Below, piece by piece: positions 9,230 to 16,596 of a stretch of DNA of 64,000 bases (positions are counted from its first letter, which is position 1; each line of letters opens with the position of its first letter). The notes beneath the pieces were generated by a model. It worked only from the letters and a program-made list of their open reading frames with translations. It ran no database searches and was not told the DNA's origin. The stretch is from an uncultured Bacteroidales bacterium (GTDB lineage: Bacteria; Bacteroidota; Bacteroidia; Bacteroidales; F082), in the NCBI GenBank assembly GCA_946187645.1, contig CAMHRP010000020.1:1780-65779 (forward strand), given 5' to 3'. Both the position numbers and the translations under genes were made by a program.

Positions 9230-9964
9230 ATGATCACCAAAAACACCATAAAGCAGATTGCCTCGCTCAGGCAGCAGAAGTTCCGCAAAGAATTGGGACT
9301 CTTCGTTGTGGAAGGGCGCAAAATGACGGAAGAACTGCTCCACTCCGATTTCAAGACCGTAGGACTTTATGCCACTGAGGCATTCCTGAAGGATTATCCA
9401 TCTTTCACCTCTGCCGAACCCGTCAGCGAGGTGCAGATGCAACAGATGAGCGGACTCGACACGCCTCCAGGCATCCTTGCTGTGGTGAAAATACCAAAAC
9501 AAGGCGACATCAATACGCAATCTCGCTACGTGCTGGCCTTGGATGGCATAGCCAACCCAGGCAACATGGGCACACTCATCCGTACAGCGGAATGGTTTGG
9601 CATCCGTGATGTGGTGTGTAGCTCCGATTGCGTGGAGCTATGGAATCCCAAGGTGGTGCAAGCCACGATGGGCTCACTGTTTAGGGTGAAAGTTTGGTCG
9701 ACCGACCTTGTAGCCCATCTTCGCAATGCAAAAAACGAAGGCAAAGCCGTTTATGGTGCCCTACTCGAAGGGAAGAATCTGTTTCAACTAAAGGAAAAGC
9801 CCGAAGGCATCATTGTTGTGGGGAGTGAATCACATGGCATCCGAGCTGATGTGTTGCCCTGCGTCACGCATCCGATTACCATTCCGCATGTTGGAGGGAG
9901 TGAAACCGAGTCGCTGAATGCTGCCGTGGCAGGTGCCATTATCATGGCGGAGATGACAAGATAA
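9230..9964 (+). CDS. TrmH/SpoU-family RNA 2'-O-methyltransferase
   Basis: SpoU substrate-binding N-domain plus the SPOUT motifs GNMGTLIRTA, VVGSESHGI and ESLNAAVAGAI. The start is moved to 9230 because 9179-9229 contains the rplI terminator and the promoter. Confidence 0.8.
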   Translation: MITKNTIKQIASLRQQKFRKELGLFVVEGRKMTEELLHSDFKTVGLYATEAFLKDYPSFTSAEPVSEVQMQQMSGLDTPPGILAVVKIPKQGDINTQSRYVLALDGIANPGNMGTLIRTAEWFGIRDVVCSSDCVELWNPKVVQATMGSLFRVKVWSTDLVAHLRNAKNEGKAVYGALLEGKNLFQLKEKPEGIIVVGSESHGIRADVLPCVTHPITIPHVGGSETESLNAAVAGAIIMAEMTR

Positions 9965-9968
9965 ACAC

Positions 9969-10406
9969 TTACAAGCTGATCAGCTCACACTTAATATTTC
10001 GCTCATCATCTGTTTCGCCGTGCCGAATCTCCACGCGGATATACTTTTCGGGCAACAGTGGCTCTATCATCTCGGGCCACTCAATGAGGCAGAGGTTGCC
10101 GCTGTCGAAATAGTTCTCAAAACCGATGTCGTAAGCTTCTTCCAATTTCTTAATACGATAGAAGTCAAAATGATAGACCGACTCTCCTTCCTCTGTGACA
10201 TACTCATTCACGATGGCGAAAGTCGGGCTGTTCACCTCATCGGTAACACCCATTCTGTGGCAGAGGTTCTTAATTAAAGTGGTCTTTCCAGCACCCATAG
10301 AGCCGTAAAACGCGATAATGTCGGCCTCTTCACGCAATGAAATCAAGTATTCTGAAACCTCACCCAAGGCTTCCACATTGCTTATTTTGAATTGTCTATC
10401 CTTCAT
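9969..10406 (-). CDS. tsaE: tRNA t6A biosynthesis ATPase TsaE
   Basis: FYGSMGAGKTTLIK P-loop, SPTFAIVNEY, HFDFYR. The second ATG is preferred as the start. Confidence 0.85.
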   Translation of the reverse strand: MKDRQFKISNVEALGEVSEYLISLREEADIIAFYGSMGAGKTTLIKNLCHRMGVTDEVNSPTFAIVNEYVTEEGESVYHFDFYRIKKLEEAYDIGFENYFDSGNLCLIEWPEMIEPLLPEKYIRVEIRHGETDDERNIKCELISL

Positions 10407-10444
10407 GGCAAATGATTTTCGCCGCAAAGATAGTGATTTTGTTT

Positions 10445-10532
10445 CACGCAGAATCCGCAGAAATCGCAGAGGCCTTTCTGACGCATACTATTCGTCGCTT
10501 TGTGCTTCATATAGTTCTGCGAATTCTGCGTG
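10445..10532. repeat. long imperfect hairpin whose arms carry short tandem sub-repeats (GCAGAA units)
   Basis: CACGCAGAATCCGCAGAA (10445-10462) pairs with TTCTGCGAATTCTGCGTG (10515-10532) at 17 of 18 positions. GCAGA recurs every 9 nt in the arm. It lies just 3' of the porX stop. Confidence 0.7.
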
Positions 10533-10541
10533 TCAAAACAA

Positions 10542-12095
10542 TCACTTCGCCGTGAGATGCGTCACCGGAATCAGCATTTCGTTCATGGAGATGCCACCGT
10601 GCTGGAAGGTGTTGCGGTAGTAACTCACATAGTAGTTGTAGTTGTTCGGGTAAGCGAAGAAGTCGCTCTCACCTGCAAAGACAAAGGTCGTGCTGAGGTT
10701 GGCCTTGGGCAAGAAAATCTTCTCGGGGTCTTTCACCTCGAAGACTTCTTTCGGGTTATATTTCAGATTCTTGCCGTACTTGTAACGAAGGTTGGTGTTC
10801 ACCTCGCGGTCGCCGAGGATGCGGACAGGTTTCTCGACGTAGGTGGAGCCGTGGTCGGTAGTGATAATCATGTCGCAACCCTTCTCGGCGATGAAACGCA
10901 TCATGTCGAAGAGGCTGGAATGCTCGAACCACGAGTACATCAGTGAGCGATAGGCTTCCTCATCGTCGGCCAGTTCGCGGATGATTTCCATCTCGGTGCG
11001 GGCGTGCGATAGCATGTCAACGAAGTTATATACTATAACATTCAGCTTATTGGGCATCAAGTTGGCCATCTGCTCATAGAGTTTCTTGCCCGCCTGCAAG
11101 TTCAACACCTTATTATAGGAGTACTTGATATTCTTGCCGAAACGCTTTAGCTGTTCGCCGAGAAGCTCGCCTTCAAACTGGTTCTTCGTGCCTTCGTCCT
11201 CCTCATCCACCCACCATTTCGGGTAGCGACGGCGGATTTCCAAGGGCATTAGTCCTGCAAAGAGCGAATTGCGGGCATATTGCGTCGTGGTGGGCAAGAT
11301 ACTGTAGTAGATGTCGTCAGCCTCCACGCGGAAATAAGTCTCAATCAGCGGTTGGATGGCCTTCCATTGGTCGTAGCGCAGGTTATCGATGACAATGAGG
11401 AACAACGGTTTGTCGCTGCCATCGAGGCGCGGAATCACCTTGTCGCGCACCACGGTATGTGACATGACGGGTTTCTCTGACTTGCCTTGGATCCAATCCA
11501 CATAATTGCGTTCGATATAACGCGTAAACTGTGTGTTGGCCTCTTGTTTTTGGTCAGCGAGGATACCTTTGATGCCCTCGTCGGTCGATTTTTGCAATTC
11601 CAATTCCCAACGCACCAAGTTCTTATATAGTTCAACCCACTCATCGAAATTCAGGTTGTTGTTGAGGTCCATGCTGATTTTGCGGAACTCTTGTTGGTAA
11701 CTCATCGTCGACTTCTCGTCGCGAAGTTTCTTGTTCTCGAGGTTACGTTTCAGCGAAAGCAAGATCTGGTTCGGATTGACAGGTTTAATCAGATAATCCG
11801 CAATATTAGAACCAATTGCGTCTTCCATAATGCGTTCCTCCTCGCTCTTGGTAATCATCACCACGGGCAGGTTAGGATACTCTCGTTTGATGACTTCGAG
11901 GGCTTCGATGCCCGAAATTCCCGGCATCTGTTCATCAAGAAATACAATATCGAAATGGCGTTGGCGCACGAGGTCGATGGCATCGGAACCGTTGTTGGCC
12001 GTAACTACTTCATAGCCTTTTTGTTCCAAAAACATGATATGGGGCTTCAGGAGATCTATCTCGTCGTCGGCCCAAAGGATTGTGGTTTTGTCCAT
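10542..12095 (-). CDS. porX: PorX-like response regulator: CheY receiver plus PglZ (alkaline-phosphatase superfamily) domain
   Basis: 517 aa. N-terminal receiver (ILWADDE...FLDEQMPG...), C-terminal PglZ-type domain (LFLIVIDNLRYDQW ... TTDHGS). The length and architecture match T9SS PorX. Confidence 0.75.
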   Translation of the reverse strand: MDKTTILWADDEIDLLKPHIMFLEQKGYEVVTANNGSDAIDLVRQRHFDIVFLDEQMPGISGIEALEVIKREYPNLPVVMITKSEEERIMEDAIGSNIADYLIKPVNPNQILLSLKRNLENKKLRDEKSTMSYQQEFRKISMDLNNNLNFDEWVELYKNLVRWELELQKSTDEGIKGILADQKQEANTQFTRYIERNYVDWIQGKSEKPVMSHTVVRDKVIPRLDGSDKPLFLIVIDNLRYDQWKAIQPLIETYFRVEADDIYYSILPTTTQYARNSLFAGLMPLEIRRRYPKWWVDEEDEGTKNQFEGELLGEQLKRFGKNIKYSYNKVLNLQAGKKLYEQMANLMPNKLNVIVYNFVDMLSHARTEMEIIRELADDEEAYRSLMYSWFEHSSLFDMMRFIAEKGCDMIITTDHGSTYVEKPVRILGDREVNTNLRYKYGKNLKYNPKEVFEVKDPEKIFLPKANLSTTFVFAGESDFFAYPNNYNYYVSYYRNTFQHGGISMNEMLIPVTHLTAK

Positions 12096-12167
12096 AGATT
12101 AAGCGTTTATGGATATGAAACGCAAGAATACGTTTTTTGTTATAAAAGAATGAACTTTTTTGGGAAC

Positions 12168-12233
12168 GCTTTCAGAAAGCATAGATTCCAGCCATCCCAC
12201 AATTCCGCGCAGGAATGACATGTTTCTGAAAGC
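12168..12233. repeat. REP-like palindromic element, copy a (ATAGATTCC...GGAATGACA core with inverted flanks)
   Basis: Core at 12181-12220, flanked by GCTTTCAGAAAGC / TGTTTCTGAAAGC. Confidence 0.7.
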
Positions 12234-12265
12234 TGATTATACAGTTTTAAACGCACAACCTTCAA

Positions 12266-12304
12266 TGTCATTCCAACGAAGAAAGTGGGCTGGCGGGAAT
12301 CTAT
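12266..12304. repeat. REP-like palindromic element, copy b (inverted orientation)
   Basis: TGTCATTCCAACGAAGAAAGTGGGCTGGCGGGAATCTAT. Its reverse complement aligns with copies a and c. Confidence 0.7.
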
Positions 12305-12358
12305 TGGAGGTCGTGCGTTTGACTTACTTTCCTAAAGCTGATTAAACGAAAAAAGCAT

Positions 12359-12366
12359 TACCTTTG
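12359..12366 (+). promoter_or_regulatory. -7 box (TACCTTTG)
   Basis: TAnnTTTG 19 nt upstream of the ATG at 12385. Confidence 0.45.
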
Positions 12367-12384
12367 CGGCAAAATTTGCGGCAC

Positions 12385-13623
12385 ATGGCAAGCGCATCCA
12401 ACAAAAAGAAAATCTTCAACGACCCCATCTATGGCTTCGTCAGCATCCCCGACGAACTGCATTTCGACATTATAGAACACCCTTATTTCCAACGGCTTAG
12501 GCGCATCAAACAGGTCAGCATGACCAATCTGGTGTATCCAGGCGCCAACCACACCCGTTTTGCCCACAGCCTTGGCGCCATGCATCTGATGCGACGCGCC
12601 ATACAACTGTTGCGTGGCAAGGGTTATGAGATTACGGATGAGGAACTGGAAGCCGCTTCCATTGCCATCCTGCTCCATGACAGCGGTCACGGACCGTTTT
12701 CTCACACTTTGGAGAACAGCATTGTTCATGGCATCTCGCACGAGGAGCTCTCGTTGAAGGTGATGCAGAAATTCAATGCCATCCATGAAAATCGTTTGGA
12801 CATGGCCATCGAGATCTTTACTGGAAAGTATTTCAAAGGTTTTCTTACCAAACTCATTTCCAGCCAGTTGGATGTCGACCGCATCGACTATCTGAAGCGT
12901 GACAGTTTCTTCACCGGTGTGGCCGAAGGCAGTGTGAACGCAGAGCGTTTGTTGGAGATGATGGATGTGGTCGACAACGACTTGGCCATTGAAGCCAAGG
13001 GCATCTATTCCGTGGAGAGTTTCATCGTGGCGCGCCGTATCATGTATTGGCAAGTGTATATGCACAAGGCCGTGTTGAGTGCCGAGTATATGCTGCGTAA
13101 TATCCTGAAACGCGCCAAGATGCTCAGTGCGGAACGCGACTTGTTTGCCACCCCTGCCCTGTCGTTCTTCCTCAAGAACCAGCACCCATTCGACGATGGT
13201 CACGACCCCGATTTCGTCCTCGACCAGTTCTGCCAGTTGGACGACTACGACGTGATGACCGCCGTGAAAGCCTGGCGCAACGACCAAGACCGTGTGCTTT
13301 CAGAGCTTTGCAGGAGATTGACTGACAGGCATTTGTTCAGAATCGAAATGCAAGAAGATGCCTTTGACCCGAACTACATCAACGACCTCCGCCAAAGGAT
13401 CGCACAACTTTACGGCTGGTCGCAAGAGGAGGCGGATTTCTTGCTTTTACAAGGCGTTTCGTCGAACCACGCCTATCATCCGAATAAGTCCGCCATCAAC
13501 ATTTTATACAAAGACGGCACCATGAAAGACATCAGCGAAGCTTCCGACCAACTGAATATTTCGGTGCTTTCGCAGCCCGTGGTGAAGCATTTCATTTGCT
13601 ATCCGAAGGAGTTGGAGCTATAA
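12385..13623 (+). CDS. HD-domain phosphohydrolase (COG1078 / SAMHD1-like dNTPase family)
   Basis: FNDPIYGFV...HPYFQRLRRIKQ...NHTRFAHSLG...LLHDSGHGPFSH...DVDRIDYLKRD. Confidence 0.8.
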   Translation: MASASNKKKIFNDPIYGFVSIPDELHFDIIEHPYFQRLRRIKQVSMTNLVYPGANHTRFAHSLGAMHLMRRAIQLLRGKGYEITDEELEAASIAILLHDSGHGPFSHTLENSIVHGISHEELSLKVMQKFNAIHENRLDMAIEIFTGKYFKGFLTKLISSQLDVDRIDYLKRDSFFTGVAEGSVNAERLLEMMDVVDNDLAIEAKGIYSVESFIVARRIMYWQVYMHKAVLSAEYMLRNILKRAKMLSAERDLFATPALSFFLKNQHPFDDGHDPDFVLDQFCQLDDYDVMTAVKAWRNDQDRVLSELCRRLTDRHLFRIEMQEDAFDPNYINDLRQRIAQLYGWSQEEADFLLLQGVSSNHAYHPNKSAINILYKDGTMKDISEASDQLNISVLSQPVVKHFICYPKELEL

Positions 13624-13628
13624 ACACC

Positions 13629-13681
13629 GCAGGCATAGATTCCCGTTCACCCACAAACCTTCGTTGGGATGACAAGCCTGC
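13629..13681. repeat. REP-like palindromic element, copy c
   Basis: GCAGGC-ATAGATTCCCGTTCACCCACAAACCTTCGTTGGGATGACA-A-GCCTGC between two convergent genes. Confidence 0.7.
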
Positions 13682-14140
13682 TTAGAGCCGTTGATTCATC
13701 GCTTTAGCTCTCTTTTTCGAATCTTCCATCACTTCCAAAGCCTGCTGTTGCAAGAAGCGCTCTTCCTCCGTTTCAGGTTCAAGTGTGATGCCGTGCGGGC
13801 GGGAATGGTGATTTTCATCCAAATAGGAGAAGGTAGCGAAGCCGTCGGCGGCAATCTTTTCTGGCTCGCGGCTGCGGTACATCTTCGTGTAAACAGTCAA
13901 TGTGCTGCGTCCCACGGAAATGACTTTACTCTCGAAAGTGACGATGTCGCCCGCAAAAATCGGGAACTTGAAGTCAATGCCGTGAAGGACGAGAAGGACG
14001 GTGTCTTTCGTGTCAACATATTGCGCCACAGCGAAATAAGAGCTCTCTAAAAAGTATTCGGAACAACGACCTGCAAAGAAGGTTTGGTGGTGGTTGAGGT
14101 CGGCGAGTTTGATTAATCTTTGGGAATAGGTTGCTTTCAT
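13682..14140 (-). CDS. acyl-CoA thioesterase (hotdog fold, YciA-like)
   Basis: 152 aa. NHHQTFFAGRC..., VLHGIDFKFPIFAGD. Confidence 0.8.
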   Translation of the reverse strand: MKATYSQRLIKLADLNHHQTFFAGRCSEYFLESSYFAVAQYVDTKDTVLLVLHGIDFKFPIFAGDIVTFESKVISVGRSTLTVYTKMYRSREPEKIAADGFATFSYLDENHHSRPHGITLEPETEEERFLQQQALEVMEDSKKRAKAMNQRL

Positions 14141-14179
14141 ATCAGTTGTTTAGTTGTTTAGTTGCTCAGTTATTCAGTT
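14141..14179 (-). repeat. A/C-rich tandem-octamer 5' leader (gene sense: CAACTGAATAACTGAGCAACTAAACAACTAAACAACTGAT-ATG)
   Basis: Plus-strand CAGTTGTT/TAGTTGTT/TAGTTGCT/CAGTTATT units directly abut the thioesterase start codon. Confidence 0.6.
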
Positions 14180-14260
14180 GGCTTATGGCTCATGGCTTAT
14201 GGCCGATGGCTGCCCCAATGTGGTGGCAAGCCATGGGCCATTGGCCATAGGCTATAGGCT
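14180..14260. repeat. long imperfect hairpin with heptamer-repeat arms (GGCTYAT units)
   Basis: GGCTTAT GGCTCAT GGCTTAT GGCCGAT GGCT ... loop ... GGCAAGCCATGGGCCATTGGCCATAGGCTATAGGC. It overlaps the last codons of the MBL gene. Confidence 0.7.
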
Positions 14261-15025
14261 ATTTGGTATTTTTATCTTCAAACCATCGTAAGCTAACATC
14301 ATACCGTCGGGGAGTTCGCGGTTGACTTCGGCGGCAAGGCCCATACTGTGGCTGCAATGCGTGAACCAGGTCTTCTTCGCTCCCACCCTACGGGAAATCC
14401 CAATCGCCTCATCCAATGTGAGATGCGAATAATGCTTTTTCTTTTGCAGCGCTTCAATAATCAGGTATTCAACGCCTTGCAATTTCCCAATCGCCTCCTC
14501 GGAAATCTCGCTCAGGTCGGTGACATAAGCGAAATTGCTAATGCGGAAGGCATAACAAGTCAAGGTGAAATGCTTCAGTCTTATTGGGATGATGTGCAAA
14601 TCGCCAAAGTCAAAAGGCGTTTCATCAAGGCGGTGAATGTCATAAGTTGGAGCACCTGGATAGGGATGTTCCTCAAAAGCATAGGAATACTCACGCTTGA
14701 TTTCGGGAAGAGCCGTGTCGGCCACAAATAGCGTCATGGGCTTTTTCTGCATGAAAATGTAGGGGCGTAAATCATCTAGTCCGCCAATATGGTCCTTATG
14801 TTCGTGCGAGATAATCACCGCGTCAAGTTTAGTGATGTTTTCACGCAACATTTGCTGGCGGAAGTCGGGGCCGGCATCCACAGCCACCGTCACTTGATCT
14901 GTCTGAATCAGAATAGAGGTACGGAGTCGCTTGTCGCGCGGGTCCTTGGACTGGCACACGGGACAATTGCAGCCAATGACAGGTACACCTTGCGAAGTAC
15001 CGCTTCCTAAAATAGTAACAATCAT
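14252..15025 (-). CDS. MBL-fold metallo-hydrolase (PhnP-like)
   Basis: ILGSGTSQGVPVIGCNCPVC and the HEHKDH metal motif. Confidence 0.85.
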   Translation of the reverse strand: MIVTILGSGTSQGVPVIGCNCPVCQSKDPRDKRLRTSILIQTDQVTVAVDAGPDFRQQMLRENITKLDAVIISHEHKDHIGGLDDLRPYIFMQKKPMTLFVADTALPEIKREYSYAFEEHPYPGAPTYDIHRLDETPFDFGDLHIIPIRLKHFTLTCYAFRISNFAYVTDLSEISEEAIGKLQGVEYLIIEALQKKKHYSHLTLDEAIGISRRVGAKKTWFTHCSHSMGLAAEVNRELPDGMMLAYDGLKIKIPNSL

Positions 15026-15124
15026 ATCTTTAGTTTTCTACAGCATCAAAAAATGCCGCTTCAAAATAATACTGCAAAATTAGCGTTTTTTGAGCAAAAA
15101 TCCTGCTATCTCATAGAATTTCCC

Positions 15125-15132
15125 TACATTTG
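15125..15132 (+). promoter_or_regulatory. -7 box (TACATTTG); the ATG follows 4 nt later
   Basis: TAnnTTTG ends at 15132 and the ATG is at 15137. Confidence 0.45.
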
Positions 15133-15136
15133 CAGC

Positions 15137-15682
15137 ATGAAAATCACTTCTTATCTTAGAAACAGAGCTTTTAAACGTGCCTTTGAGCAGTTTCTAGCCG
15201 AAAAGACCGCAGCGAAAATGCCCGACCTTCAAAGGACTAACTCGGTTTTAATCATCCTTGACGAGCACGACAAAAGCATACATAAAAACATCGAAAGCAG
15301 TGTGAAAGCCTTGTTTGGCGTTGGCCGTTGCGGTTTTATCATCCTCTGCAACCAGATGTCGGACACCATCCTTCAAAGCGACCTCTACTGCGAAATCACA
15401 CCAAAGGATTTTGGCTTCATGAGTGTGCTGAAACCCGACAAGCATGAATTCATCAAAAAGATGCCTTACAGCACGATGATCATCAACATGGCTGGCAAGA
15501 ATGCCGAAATCAGCGACTACCTTTGCACGCTGCCAAAATCGGATTTCAGAATCAGCTTCCAGCAAAGCCTTAATGTCGGCATCTATGACTTGGTTATTGA
15601 AAACCCAAGAGGCACCGACCCCGTTTCAAACATCCATGTCCTTCACAATTATTTGAAGGCTTTGGCAGGACAGCAATCATAA
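15137..15682 (+). CDS. hypothetical protein (conserved position upstream of dapA)
   Basis: 182-aa ORF with normal codon usage and no motif I recognise. The start is chosen after the promoter box. Confidence 0.55.
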   Translation: MKITSYLRNRAFKRAFEQFLAEKTAAKMPDLQRTNSVLIILDEHDKSIHKNIESSVKALFGVGRCGFIILCNQMSDTILQSDLYCEITPKDFGFMSVLKPDKHEFIKKMPYSTMIINMAGKNAEISDYLCTLPKSDFRISFQQSLNVGIYDLVIENPRGTDPVSNIHVLHNYLKALAGQQS

Positions 15683-15697
15683 ACTTGAAAAAAAATA

Positions 15698-16585
15698 ATG
15701 AAACACAATCCATTTAAAGGTACGGGCATTGCCCTTATCACTCCTTTCAAGAAGGACCACTCCATTGATATCGAATCTTTAATCAAAATCGTCAACCATG
15801 TCATTGACAATGGAGCCGACTTCTTGGTCGTCTTAGGTACCACTTCCGAAGCGCCCACCCTCACTTCTGAAGAGAAGAATCTGGTAATCAACACGATATT
15901 AAAGGCAAACAATGGTCGTTTACCTATCTTGCTTGGCATGGGAGGCAACAATACGCAAGCCGTCATTGAAGCCATCAAAGCCCAAAACTTCGACGGCATC
16001 CAAGGCATTTTGAGTGTCGTGCCCTATTATAACAAACCCAACCAGCGTGGCATGAAAGCCCATTTCGAGGCTATCGCCGATGCTAGTCCTGTGCCAGTCG
16101 TGGTCTACAATGTGCCAGGACGCGTGGGTGTCAACTTGCAAGCTGCCACCTGTGTGGAATTGGCCCAACATCCCAACATCATCGCTGTGAAGGAGGCCTC
16201 TGGCAACTTGCAGCAAATCATGGAGATTTTGCGAGACAAACCCACTGACTTTGACGTGCTATCTGGTGACGATGGTATCACCCAGCCCTTGATGGCCCTT
16301 GGCGCACAGGGTGTAATTTCGGTGGCGGCCAACGCCTACACCAAGCCTTTCAGCCGCATGATGAAAGCCATGAGGGAAGGCCAAGCAGAAGAAGCATTGC
16401 GTCTGCATTACGCCATGCTCCGCATGAACCAACTCATCTTTGCCGATGGCAATCCTGCTGGCATCAAATGTTTGATGAGCATAATGGGCTTGTGTGAAAA
16501 TGTATTGCGTTTACCCTTAGTGTCCGTGAACGAAAAGGTGGAGACGGACATTATTGAAGAATGGAAACAATTAAAAGACAAATAA
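15698..16585 (+). CDS. dapA: 4-hydroxy-tetrahydrodipicolinate synthase
   Basis: GTGIALITPF..., VLGTTSE, YNVPGR, KEASG. Confidence 0.95.
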   Translation: MKHNPFKGTGIALITPFKKDHSIDIESLIKIVNHVIDNGADFLVVLGTTSEAPTLTSEEKNLVINTILKANNGRLPILLGMGGNNTQAVIEAIKAQNFDGIQGILSVVPYYNKPNQRGMKAHFEAIADASPVPVVVYNVPGRVGVNLQAATCVELAQHPNIIAVKEASGNLQQIMEILRDKPTDFDVLSGDDGITQPLMALGAQGVISVAANAYTKPFSRMMKAMREGQAEEALRLHYAMLRMNQLIFADGNPAGIKCLMSIMGLCENVLRLPLVSVNEKVETDIIEEWKQLKDK

Positions 16586-16596
16586 ATAACAATAAA

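Noticed and set aside
10542-12095. A PglZ domain protein, which could be read as a BREX/Pgl defence component.
   Set aside because: It has an N-terminal CheY receiver and the 517-aa PorX architecture. It sits among housekeeping genes with no BrxC, PglX or BrxL nearby. It is best explained as the T9SS regulator PorX.
12358-13287. Long antisense ORFs inside real genes: this one (309 aa), plus 2965-4137, 16678-17757, 33803-34681, 45735-46847, 50552-51226, 52043-52945 and 60559-61887.
   Set aside because: Each is fully embedded opposite a confidently identified gene. The translations are low-complexity (rich in V, G, H, D, L runs) with no motifs, which is a typical shadow-ORF artefact of codon bias.
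12385-13623. The HD-domain dNTPase-like protein as an anti-phage dNTP-depletion (dGTPase-type) defence gene.
   Set aside because: It sits in a conserved housekeeping context far from the island, and its composition matches the core genome. It is most simply the chromosomal COG1078 HD hydrolase. A defence role cannot be excluded, but nothing here supports one.
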